A stretch of 63,398 nucleotides of DNA, counting the filler, from Lenisia limosa (taxonomy: Eukaryota > Protista > Breviatea): NCBI GenBank assembly GCA_001655205.1. It is 10 parts of 10 records of this genome, joined end to end, with 100 filler letters (N's around TTAATTAATTAA, not from the genome) between each part and the next. Parts side by side here need not be neighbours in the genome. Positions count along the whole stretch, not along the records: positions 50,781 to 60,265 come from LPNZ01009390.1; positions 60,366 to 63,398 come from LPNZ01005630.1; 8 more parts are not named here. The stretch is one strand, 5' to 3'. Each line of letters begins with the position of its first letter. The stretch's first letter is position 1. This document shows, one piece after another, positions 53,801 through 63,398 of the stretch. Under the pieces are notes generated by a model. That model had not been told where the DNA came from, searched no databases, and saw nothing but the letters and a program-made list of their open reading frames with translations. A program made the translations under genes and the position numbers.

Positions 53801-56800
53801 GATGGAATGGCTTGGTATGAAACTTTTTGTCTCCCAAAATGACCCCTGGTGAACTACCAAATGATATATTCTACGCTATTTACTATACTATAAGTATAGC
53901 AGATCATAAAAATTTGATAATTTCTTTATAAACTCACAATATAGCCTTTCCCAAGTACCCACTCCATTGGCATGCAAGCTGCTGAATCCCTGCAAGTATG
54001 CCAATTAAGATTTTTTTTAAAATAGATTTCTGACAAATGCTACTTTTTTCAGATTGATTTTTTTTTGCTCTCAGGTACTTTTTGTTTCAGTAATAGAGTA
54101 AAAAGTACCTCTTTCTATTTCAAACAACATGGTGATGGTATTACTTTTATTTCCCTGTTTATAACCTCACAAATATAGCCTGTTCCTAGCACCCACTCGA
54201 TTGGAATGCAAGCATCGCAGTCCTTCCAGGTATGCTTAGATAATTAAGTCGAAATTTCGGATTTTTCGGAATTCTTGAGGTCTAGTCGGAATCTGGTCTG
54301 GTCCTACTTACACCCTTTTATAAAATGGACAGTATTTTATAGATTTGAGTGAAAGATTATTGGGTAATTTCGGCCTGATCTTGTTTTATATCTCATTTCT
54401 TCAAACATTAGCATTAAAAAACTCATGATGAGTGATGGATCTCTTTTCTGAATATCATCTTCTACTTATAATCTATCACAGTTCTTGTGGAAAGTAGTGC
54501 TTCATTCTAAGAGTAGTTCTAACATTATAGCCTGCCCCAAGCACTTACTCTGTTGGCATGCAAGCGGCTCAATCCTTACAGGTAATCAGCCTAGGGTCGG
54601 GTCTTTATGATCTTAGTTTCAAGAGACTTTACACAAATATATTCTATTTTGCTGTTTTGTTTTTGTTTTGCTTCCTAATTGTTCCATTTTCATGTACGCT
54701 GAAGTGATGGGATTTGGGTCAGAAGCTACTGGCCTGGGCTTTGTTTNNNNNNNNNNNNNNNNNNNNNNNNNNNNNNNNNNTAATAAATTTTCCAACTTTA
54801 CCCCCCCCCCCCAGACTACCCGGAGCCTACAAGGAGCGATTTCCAGGATCTCATGGGCTGAAAGCGGACAAACTTCCACCCCTCGGTCCGGGCAAACCTC
54901 CGTGCTGGACTCATCTGTTGACTCTGTTGGGGGGGGGGGGNNNNNNNNNNNNNNNNNNNNNNNNNNNNNNNNNNNNNNNNNNNNNNNNNNNNNNNNNNNN
55001 NNNNNNNNNATGAAGAATGTTGGCGTAAAAGTCCTTATCACGAACCAAAAAATCTGAAACTTCAAACAAACAAAAAACGAGCAATAGCAAACACTGGCAA
55101 CCAAAGCTAAACCTTGGCAAGAACCAGGATACAGGTGTGGTGTGGGGGTAAAAGGCCAGTGTGTATGCGTTGGAGTGTAATAGAGGTGTCAGGTGTATGC
55201 GTATATGCGGTTGTGGGTATTATGAGGAAAGGGTTTGATAATGATTATTAAAGAGGTCATATAGTTTGTAGCAATTTTACTCCCTCTTAACGCTTTCTTT
55301 AGGCTCTGTTTCACCCCCCCCTCCTTTAACGCTTTCTTTAGGCTCTTTGTGCGGCCGCTTCTGATGCACAAAATGACGTTTTAGCTGAGGTGAGGTTCTA
55401 TAGAGTTGATTTTGAGTCTTTATCTTTCCGCTGCTCCGTCCCCTCTTCTTTTTTATCAGCCTTCCATTTATACCCCAGTGATTTTCCTCCCCCCCCCCNN
55501 NNNNNNNNNNNNNNNNNNNNNNNNNNNNNNNNNNNNNNNNNNNNNNNNNNNNNNNNNNNNNNNNNNNNNNNNNNNNNNNNNNNNNNNNNNNNNNNNNTTA
55601 TCATTTTTCTATCTCCAGGCCACCACAGCTTTCGACTTACTAGACTCATTCACCCCCTACTTGATTCCCTCTAAATCTCCTCCTGGAGTTTAAGCACAGC
55701 AAGGTCGTACTAACCTCAAAATTGTCACCTCACGGTGCTGGACTTCCCCGAGGAGTTTTGTTTTGTTTGACGGCCATTCTAACAGACCTGACTCAAGCTA
55801 AGATTTTCGTAACGTGTACATATCATGTCTTCGACCCTCAATTGGGCCAAACCAGGGAAAGCAAAGACCGTCTGGAGCAGATATACACTGTACTTTTAGC
55901 GTATGATACCTTTTATGACCGTCATAAAACACTTGCTGGTGTGAATCACCCATATAAATGCCAGACCGTTATAGAACATTTGTTGGTATGCATCACCCAA
56001 AAAAGCCAGGGAGGCTGGAGGTTTTGATGGTCTGCAAATTTGGAAGACTTTCCCGTCAATAAAACCAACAATAGTATCAAATACAGCACCCTTTGTTTTA
56101 ATTGCTGTGTTTGAGCTGCCTGTTGAAAGAGGTGTCAAGGCCTTATAACATACCAGAGCGATCGCGTGAACAAACAAGGGAAAGGTGAGAATAGAGGAAA
56201 TAAGACCGGCACGGAAAAGGGATTCCGCCACGATCGAATCTTGGAACCCGAAGATTCTTATCCACAATCTCTTTGTGTCGCCGTTCGTCATCCTTGGACT
56301 TTTCGAGAAATTGCTTATACCAGCTGTGAAGCAGCCAGGTCCACAGCTGACGTGTAATCCTGCAAGTCGAGAGGCTTTTTGAGCTCTCCAACCGACATGG
56401 GATCAGAACTAGCCGTTTCTTTGTCTTCAGCCGAAGCGTCTAACTCAGCTTCCATGTGGGAAGGGCATAAGAGATGACCTGAAGTCTGAACTTTTCCAGG
56501 GTCCACGGAAGGAGGTGTTGTTTTCACCGTCTGATCCTTGTGCGTCTTTATCTCATCGAGGATGAACACCCTCGCCTCGCCCACCGCCAACAGCTTCATT
56601 GAGGGAATCATCATGATTTTTTTTATTTTGTATTAAAGAAGAAGGGGAAACGAACAATACAAAAGACTTCTCAGTACTAAGAAGATGATTACGAAGGTTG
56701 ATATAAGGTTTATCAATGTTGTAGGGGAAGACATGAACTCCATATTGAACATAGTAAGAGCACGTATGAGACATTTTTTGAAAACATTTTCATTGCATTT

Positions 56801-59800
56801 TGTAATAACATACAAGGATTAGAGCTGGATTTGAAAGACGGATGCGTCCAACAAGGGTACCTGCTTGCAGATATTTCCTGCATGTCCGCATCTAACTTGG
56901 ATAAAATGCAGGGACCTAATGTTTGTCATCTGTTAGACAATAAAATGTTCCTTTTTTTTCAATAGATAATATATAAAATCATAGTCAAATATTGAGGACT
57001 TGGGAGTTACCTCTATGTATCCGCTGTACCTGTCTAAACCTGGTGGTCTATCTAAATATCCATATTATCCCATTAACTCTCTCTTTTTTGTTTCAAAATT
57101 TCTGTTGGGAGTTTCAAATTATTCGGTTTGTTATTTTTACATTTACGCAATATTCTTCATCGAAATGTCTTTCGTTTTACTTTGATTTGGCTTCTTTTTT
57201 TTGTTTCATAAATTTCCAATTTTAACCCCCCAGCTGCAGTCTGTATTGGAGTCAGCAGAGCGACAAAGGGACGCTGTCCAGGCTGAAATTGCCGTTATTA
57301 ACGCTCAAAAAGACGAGGTCGGTGTTGTAGATTTTGTCTATCATTTCGGTATTATTTATTTCGTCAATCTCATTGTAATACTTCAGTTTTTTATCTAACA
57401 TATCGTTATATTGGAAAACAGCTTTCTAACAATTTTTCTTCACAGCTAACCGTTTGTTTTGTGTTTTTTTCGTTTCCATTTTCTTTCACCCCCCTCTCTC
57501 CCACAGATACTAGTCTCGTTAGAGTCTCTGAACGAACAGCTTGAGAAGGAAACTGCCAGGGTTAACAGCAAAAGTTTGCATGTCTAGTCTTGACTTCGTG
57601 CCGCTCTGTACCATCATCACTGGTTTTTGTCTAGTTTTAGCGTTGGTTGCTCCTGTCTGTTATTGTTTTGTTTTGTTTTCAAAAACATAATTTAACCCGT
57701 GACGGGATGCGGTGCCGCGGCCTGGGCTTTGTTTGTTGGAGTGACGGGATGCAGTGCCGCGGCCTGGACTTTGTTTGTTTTGTTGTGTATCCCTGGTGTA
57801 TTGTCAGCCAACAGAGTTGATTTTTTTTGTTTTTTTTTTGTTTCATAAATTTTACACCCCCCCCCCCCNNNNNNNNNNNNNNNNNNNNNNNNNNNNNNNN
57901 NNNNNNNNNNNNNNNNNNNNNNNNNNNNNNNNNNNNNNNNNNNNAGGCCCAGGCGGACGAGGAGTGTCACAAACTAGACGAAGAATTGGATAACCTTCGG
58001 AAGCGAAATGAACTGAACTGCAGCGAGGCTGAAGAAAGGTTCCGACAGCTTGTTGAGGAGGAGGAGAAGAAATTGGAAGAGAAGACTCGTGAAGTCTCTG
58101 ATGTGAGTTTGGAAATAAGGCATATTTCTTGGTAAATCCACAATAATGGGCAAAAAAATCTGAAGTGGTGGCATAATACAATTTTTGATATAATATACTA
58201 TATGATATGCTATAATACATTTTATTTCTGAAACAGATTAAATGTAAATCGTAATAATGTGCCCTTATTCAACCCAACAGATCTTTTAAAGTAATGCTAT
58301 AGGTTGGCGCTGACTTGACGAATATGCGAATTGAGCAAGCTGCTACACAAGCACGATTGGAGGAGGTGAGGGGGGGGATAGTTGGAGGAGTTATTCTCTT
58401 CCTTAATAATACGCAGTTCTACTTCTTGTCATTTTCTCAAAACTGCATTTATCAAAAAAGATAAACATGCCAAAATAATCGATTTTGCAGTCCAAGCAAA
58501 CACTCGCCAATCTGCGAAACGAACACCAAGCAACCCAACAAGTCCTTAATGACCTTCGTGAGAGCATCAAATCGGTGGGGGGGGGGGGNNNNNNNNNNNN
58601 NNNNNNNNNNNNNNNNNNNNNNNNNNNNNNNNNNNNNNNNNNNNNNNNNNNNNNNNNNNNNNNNNNNNNNNNNNNNNNNNNNNNNNNNNNNNNNNNNNNN
58701 NNNNNNNNNNNNNNNNNTTTAAAAAAAGCTATTGGTTAATTATGACAATGTTAAACGTGTTGCAGTCCTTCGTTTAATCCCTCGTGTGTTTCTTACCAAC
58801 AGATTGACTTTGGGCTTTCTTTTTGTTTCATAAATTTTCCAATTTTACTCCCCAGGCGGGTCACACTCTTGAAGACATTTCCGACTCTGTTTTGGAGTCC
58901 CAGTCCGCAGAACGGGATTCTAGAACATTCGTTGCCGACGCCGAAAGGCTGCTTTCCGACCTTTTGGCGCGAAAAGACGCCATTATCGAATCCGTGCGCG
59001 CGGAGGATGAGAAGAGACAAATCGTGGGGGGGGGGGGGNNNNNNNNNNNNNNNNNNNNNNNNNNNNNNNNNNNNNNNNNNNNNNNNNNNNNNNNNNNNNN
59101 NNNNNNNNNNNNNNNNNNNNNNNNNNNNNATACTCATCTTTGAACAACAAGAATAATTCGAAGGTATAGAAATACAGTTTAATAAGAAAGAGAGCCTGTA
59201 ATATGCAAAATACCTCTACATTAGGCTTCACTTCGGTCTCCAAAGATCAGTAGATTATCGATATTTTCTAGGAGATCTGGAGGCATTCGTTCGTTTTTTT
59301 TTTGCACCGAAGTGAATCACAAAAGTTTTTGCATCATATTATATCATTGAGGCTTCCCTACGGTCCCAAAAAAGACTGAATTTCTCGATAAATCTTCAAT
59401 AAATATTGATATTTTATGTCTTTTTCGGAGTGTAGGTAAGCCCTACATATCAGATAGTATATATTCTTTGAAGATAGAACATTTCTTGGTTCTTACAGTC
59501 AAGGCTGCTGCTGAGACTGTCTCTATCCAAAAGTCCAATGAAGCCCTTTTGGCAACTGGCCGCGAAACAGACCTCAGAAATGCCGCGCTTTTAAGGGATG
59601 AAGAGGCTCTGCGAGCGCAAGAGACGATGCTCAGACGGNNNNNNNNNNNNNNNNNNNNNNNNNNNNNNNNNNNNNNNNNNNNNNNNNNNNNNNNNNNNNN
59701 NNNNNNNNNNNNNNNNNNNNNNNNNNNNNNNNNNNNNNNNNNNNNNNNNNNNNNNNNNNNNNNNNNNNNNNNNNNNNNNNNNNNNNNNNNNNNNNNNNNN

Positions 59801-60229
59801 NNNNNNNNNNNNNNNNNGAAGAATTAACATGCATGACCCATTTCAAATTTCAAACTATCCACAAAGGTGCCACTTTATTAATGCCAATAAATAGTTCATA
59901 ACCAATGTTACAAAGCTCTTTTGAATTTCTACTTACTAAGAGCATATATGTGTGATATATCATATTATAATATCTCTCATAAGATGGTGTGAACATGTAT
60001 TTCTCATCTCTGCCTATAACCAATTTTTAATGCTAAAGTTGTAATGAATATCTCCAACCCATAGCCATCCAAGCACATAACCCCAGTTGAAGCTCTAATG
60101 ATACATCCTACAACGCATAACCATCTTAACTAAAGCTCAAATGGATAAACCCATAACCATCCCAGCTGAAACTTGCGAAGGAGGAGGCTAAGCTCGACAT
60201 TTCCTCTCTGGAAGATGCTGTGGTCAAGG
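50849..60229 (+). CDS. Large coiled-coil protein with a central array of 17-aa SxGMQ repeats; continuity across 55-57 kb unproven
   Basis: MSLNMSPSPPP.., coiled-coil exon 51075-51244, twelve 51-nt repeat exons at 51769-54581, then heptad-rich exons at 57234, 57507, 57946, 58303, 58491, 58856, ~59500 and ~60167-60229. Confidence 0.65.
51769..54581 (+). repeat. Array of 12 identical-length (51 nt) phase-0 exons
   Basis: Exons start at 51769, 52022, 52380, 52779, 52896, 53050, 53334, 53573, 53746, 53945, 54179 and 54531. Each is preceded by AG, followed by GT, and encodes approximately PAPST(Y/H)S(V/I)GMQAA(E/Q)SLQ. Confidence 0.92.
51941..52021 (+). mobile_element. Degenerate family A copy at the acceptor of the second 51-nt exon
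   Basis: TAATTCGGTTCGTGATTAATATCTTTACGCCAAAATTCATTATCGAAATGTCCTTCATTTTCATCCCCTCTAG, then the exon. Confidence 0.65.
55010..55095 (-). mobile_element. Family A copy antisense to its host gene
   Basis: The minus strand reads GTGTTTGCTATTGCTCG..GAAGTTTCAGA..GTTCGTGATAAGGACTTTTACGCCAACATTCTTCA, then an N gap and a C-run. Confidence 0.7.
55700..56291 (-). pseudogene. Decayed PIF/Harbinger transposase (DDE_Tnp_4/HARBI1-like nuclease)
   Basis: AIKTKGAVFDTIVGFIDGKVFQICRPSK, then after a frameshift QQVFYDGHKRYHTLKVQCISAPDGLCFPWFGPIEGRRHDMYTLRKS*. This matches the Harbinger consensus GFIDG..ICRP..YNGHKR.HALK.Q....PDG....GP.EGRRHD. In-frame TAG present. Confidence 0.85.
57105..57233 (+). mobile_element. 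Composite of family A core plus family B 3' end, at an acceptor
   Basis: GGGAGTTTCAAATTATTCGG..ATATTCTTCATCGAAATGTCTTTCGTTTTAC followed by TTTGTTTCATAAATTTCCAATTTTAACCCCCCAG, then the exon at 57234. Confidence 0.7.
57699..57868 (+). mobile_element. Repeat family B, longest visible copy, ending in a C-run
   Basis: GTGACGGGATGCGGTGCCGCGGCCTGGGCTTTGTTT (tandem x2), then GTCAGCCAACAGAGTTGATTTT..GTTTCATAAATTTTACACCCC. Related pieces at 52600-52640, 54709-54814, 58795-58855, 47140-47178, 30631-30695(-) and 60367-60420(-). Confidence 0.7.
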
Positions 60230-60455
60230 TTGGGGGGAGAAAAAAGAGGGGGGGGGCTTCACTTCNNNNNNNNNNNNNNNNNNNNNNNNNNNNNNNNNNN
60301 NNNNNNNNNTTAATTAATTAANNNNNNNNNNNNNNNNNNNNNNNNNNNNNNNNNNNNNNNNNNNNACAAAAAAAAGCCCAAAATCAACTCTGTTGGCTGA
60401 CAACACACAAGGGTTGAGAACAACAAAACTGTTGACAATTACCCCTTAGTCTCAC

Positions 60456-63242
60456 CTCAGTCCCCAGTCGTAATGATCCTGGTGGCTCAAAAGCTCCTTA
60501 TTGAGTCGATAGAGGGTCGTGAACTTCTTTGCAAGAAGACTGGAGGTTTAGTTGGACCTGACACGAGAAAAGGTGGTTTAACATAATAGACATAAAAGGG
60601 GTTTTTTTTGATATATTCTACATTGTAATTTTTAATGTAATTGACAACAGAATCAAAAAATATATATTAATGGGAATCTTCCTCTCAATAACGTAATATT
60701 TACCCACAGATATATTGACAAAGTACATCATGTCACCCCCCCCCCCNNNNNNNNNNNNNNNNNNNNNNNNNNNNNNNNNNNNNNNNNNNNNNNNNNNNNN
60801 NNNNNNNNNNNNNNNNNNNNNNNNNNNNNNNNNNNNNNNNNNNNNNNNNNNNNNNNNNNGCTCCAGGTCGGGTACCACCATGGATACACCTCGGAAAAGG
60901 GCCTTGATATTTTCAGGCAGTTCTGTACGGCCGGCATAGCTGAAGAATGAAACGGCAGGAAAACATGATGTACATGTATGTATAAGCTCTGACAATGGGA
61001 AGGTGAGTGTGGCTGAAGAATGAAAAGACGGGGAATGAGCTGTGTACGCAGGTGGTAGTTTTCAGCGAAGTTAGAGAATGAAGCAGATTAATAGCATTGT
61101 TTTAATAGTGTTACTTGTAGTATAAAGTTTAAGCTTAAACCCCCTCCTCCTCCCATACTCAGGATTCAAAGTGATGGACTATCTCCCCCGTACCCCCTTT
61201 TTTTTTTCTTTTTTCTTTTTTTCAAGTTTCAACTCTCTCCCCCATACCCAGGGTTCATGGTGATGAAGAAGCCGCATGTGGGGGACAGGCCAATTTCGGT
61301 GCCCATAAATAGGAACCTCTCCTTCCGGGCTTTAATGCTGTCTAAGACCGACTTGACCTGGGGGATTGTAAGGTAAGGTAACGGTGGTACACGACCGGAA
61401 AGATATCGATATTTGGTACCCGATTGAACCCCTAATTACCACAAAGGTAGGACTTTACTCTGATTTGGGTTCACTTCGGTTCGGAAATATATCGATATTT
61501 ATCAACGATTTATCGAGAAATTCAGAATTGTTATCGGGTAAACAAGTATCATACCCATCAATAGTAGCATAATCTATGACAGTCTACTGTACATTAAGTC
61601 CGTATAGATAGAGTGACTGGGAAACGCCTTGACTGATTTGCTATAGTATATGATATAACATGCGACTGATTACCCCCCCCCCCCACCTGGGTGGCCACGA
61701 CGGAGAGCACGTCAACTGTGATCCGATTGAACTCGTCGAAACAGCCCCAGGTTCCGCTTTGGGCAAGTCCCTTGAAGATGTTGCCTAATAAGGTAAGCCA
61801 CCCCTATCAAATAGGAAAGCAGTGATATTTTCACATTATACACGCAACATGTTGTACAATTCCATTCCCTTCCCACCCATGGATCTATAGTCCATTTGCT
61901 CGGAACAGTTGAAGACGTAGCACATTAATCCGAGGGCAGCACCAAGGTCCTTGGTGGTCTCGGTCTTACCCGTTCCGGCAGGTCCTGCAGGAGCTCCTCC
62001 CATGATCAAACGGAGGGCCTGAGGTTATTATACTTGCAATGTGGGGAGGTAGTATGAGGTAGTATTGCTAATATATTGCTGAGTGATTACACCATGTGCA
62101 AGGCTTCCCTATGGTCATAGAAAAAACACTATCTCGAGAAATATCGAGAACTATCGATATTTTAGCAGTCTTTTTCGGACCGACTGGGATAGGTCTTAAC
62201 CTATTTTCCATAAGAAATTCTAGAGCAAATCGGACATGGTCAAATCAAATTATTGTAATTCGTAGGACCTCCTCCCATGATCAAATGGAGTTCCTACTAT
62301 CAAGTATTGGCAAATAACTGACCTCCTCTTTATACTGTCGCACTTTTATTGATTTTTATGTTTTTGATTCAAAAATAATAATAAAAGAAAATTCTATCAA
62401 TAATTAATAAAATCATAAAATGACCTCCCTCGCACCTGGGTGAGAGTGATATAGCACCTGTCAGTGAGCGGGGTGATGACGAGTCGAGGACCGTTACCCA
62501 AATACTCGTGACTGTACACAAAGGACGCGTCACAGATGTCGACGTGACAGTCCTGGGGGGGGGGGGGNNNNNNNNNNNNNNNNNNNNNNNNNNNNNNNNN
62601 NNNNNNNNNNNNNNNNNNNNNNNNNNNNNNNNNNNNNNNNNNNNNNNNNNNNNNNNNNNNNNNNNNNNNNNNNNNNNNNNNNNNNNTTATGAAACAAAAA
62701 GGACATTTCAATGAAGAATAGTTATTTCACTAATATAGAAATACGCTGCCTAGGTGGCGGGCTTTGGTTTTATTATGTGCAACTGAAGCGCCTTCTGCCT
62801 ACCTTAGTTGCCTCGTCCCACGAGAATCGGAGCTGCGATTGCCACTCGAAAGCCAAGGCGTTTTCAGCTCTGGCCTTGACTAGTCTGGGGTGGGGTGAGT
62901 GGGAGGAAGAATGAGAAAAAATAAGGGATAGTTTAAATGACAAAACTATGACAAAAACCAGATTTATGACAAAACTATGACAAAAACCAGATTTATGACA
63001 AAACAAAAAGTCCAAGAGAAAGGGAACCCCCACACACACGTCATTATGTAACGGCGCGGAGGCCTGTTAATTTTGTTTCTGGTATCTATGTATTTATCTG
63101 TTTCCCTTGATTTCTAATGTCGATTATTTCTCTTAAAAAAAAAAGTAAGCTTCCTAGCCCACTTTGCGATAACATCGCGGGAATGAACGTCAATGGTTAA
63201 AGTGGTCATAATCTTCTGGCGATCGGAGGGATTGAGCGGACC
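60456..63242 (-). CDS. Axonemal dynein heavy chain (outer-arm beta/DNAH9-11-17-like), AAA1 region, both ends incomplete
   Basis: [16 protein letters not shown]; [11 protein letters not shown]; [27 protein letters not shown]; Walker [16 protein letters not shown]; [12 protein letters not shown]; [23 protein letters not shown]; [25 protein letters not shown]. Confidence 0.95.
62937..63004 (+). repeat. Tandem repeat, ~2.3 x 29 bp, in a dynein intron
   Basis: ATGACAAAACTATGACAAAAACCAGATTT repeated. Confidence 0.9.
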
Positions 63243-63398
63243 CTAAAAAGGTGGAACAAAGGAGAGGGTGTAGACCTTAAAGGGATAACAAAGAGGTATA
63301 AGGGGTAAATGCCAAATAGTTGACCCCATGCACAATCAAATGAAAACAGCAGGCCATTTAGAAAAGAAAAAAAAACTCACTCCACACTCGAAAAAAAA

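Larger units (their letters stand above)
30575..60321. other. Artificial scaffold linkers (N44-TTAATTAATTAA-N44), nine occurrences
   Basis: An identical 12-mer sits inside 100-bp N blocks at 30575, 33450, 34609, 36413, 37778, 47028, 48611, 50725 and 60310; it gives stops in all six frames. Confidence 0.95.

Noticed and set aside
51769-54581. CRISPR-like array (conserved repeat with variable spacers)
   Set aside because: The repeats are 51 nt, vary mainly at synonymous positions and are bounded by AG/GT. The spacers are AT-rich introns of uneven length, and no cas genes are present in this eukaryotic context.
54815-54926. Minus-strand exon reading (TESTDESSTEVCPDRG..)
   Set aside because: The C-run/G-run symmetry makes both strands look spliceable. 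The flanking gene and the family B acceptor favour the plus strand, though this is not excluded without RNA data.
30531-60366. TTAATTAATTAA as a biological motif, and gene clustering across it
   Set aside because: It is always centred in a 100-bp N block and gives six-frame stops, so it is an assembly or concatenation linker. Neighbourhoods across it (for example coiled-coil gene next to dynein) are not evidence of linkage.

Overview
Eukaryotic, intron-dense genomic DNA (standard code, GT-AG introns, exons mostly 34-200 nt) from a flagellated organism, judged by an axonemal dynein heavy chain; the taxon cannot be determined from sequence alone. The window is not contiguous: nine 100-bp N blocks each carry an artificial TTAATTAATTAA six-frame-stop linker, so it is ten concatenated scaffolds, the longest 1-30530. 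Genes read by manual exon stitching: Fab1/PIKfyve, a NAA50/NAA60-like GNAT, a MARK/PAR-1 kinase (kinase-UBA-KA1), NDRG, HEATR5/Laa1, a BPI/LBP-family fragment, pyruvate kinase, a PDZ protein, a giant-exon bacterial-adhesin-like type I membrane protein, an ankyrin plus importin-alpha-like ARM protein, coiled-coil proteins, and an outer-arm-type dynein heavy chain. The most striking signals are in gene architecture: (1) many introns begin GT plus a G-run and end in a C-run plus AG; (2) two dispersed ~130-150 bp repeat families sit flush against 3' splice sites in unrelated genes (introner-like), and one inverted copy appears to supply a 5' splice site; (3) an array of 12 phase-0 exons of exactly 51 nt each encodes one 17-aa SxGMQ repeat; (4) an intronic MITE-like hairpin family co-occurs with a decayed Harbinger transposase. 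All gene identifications are by recognition of motifs, not database searches, and exon boundaries are approximate where N gaps intervene.
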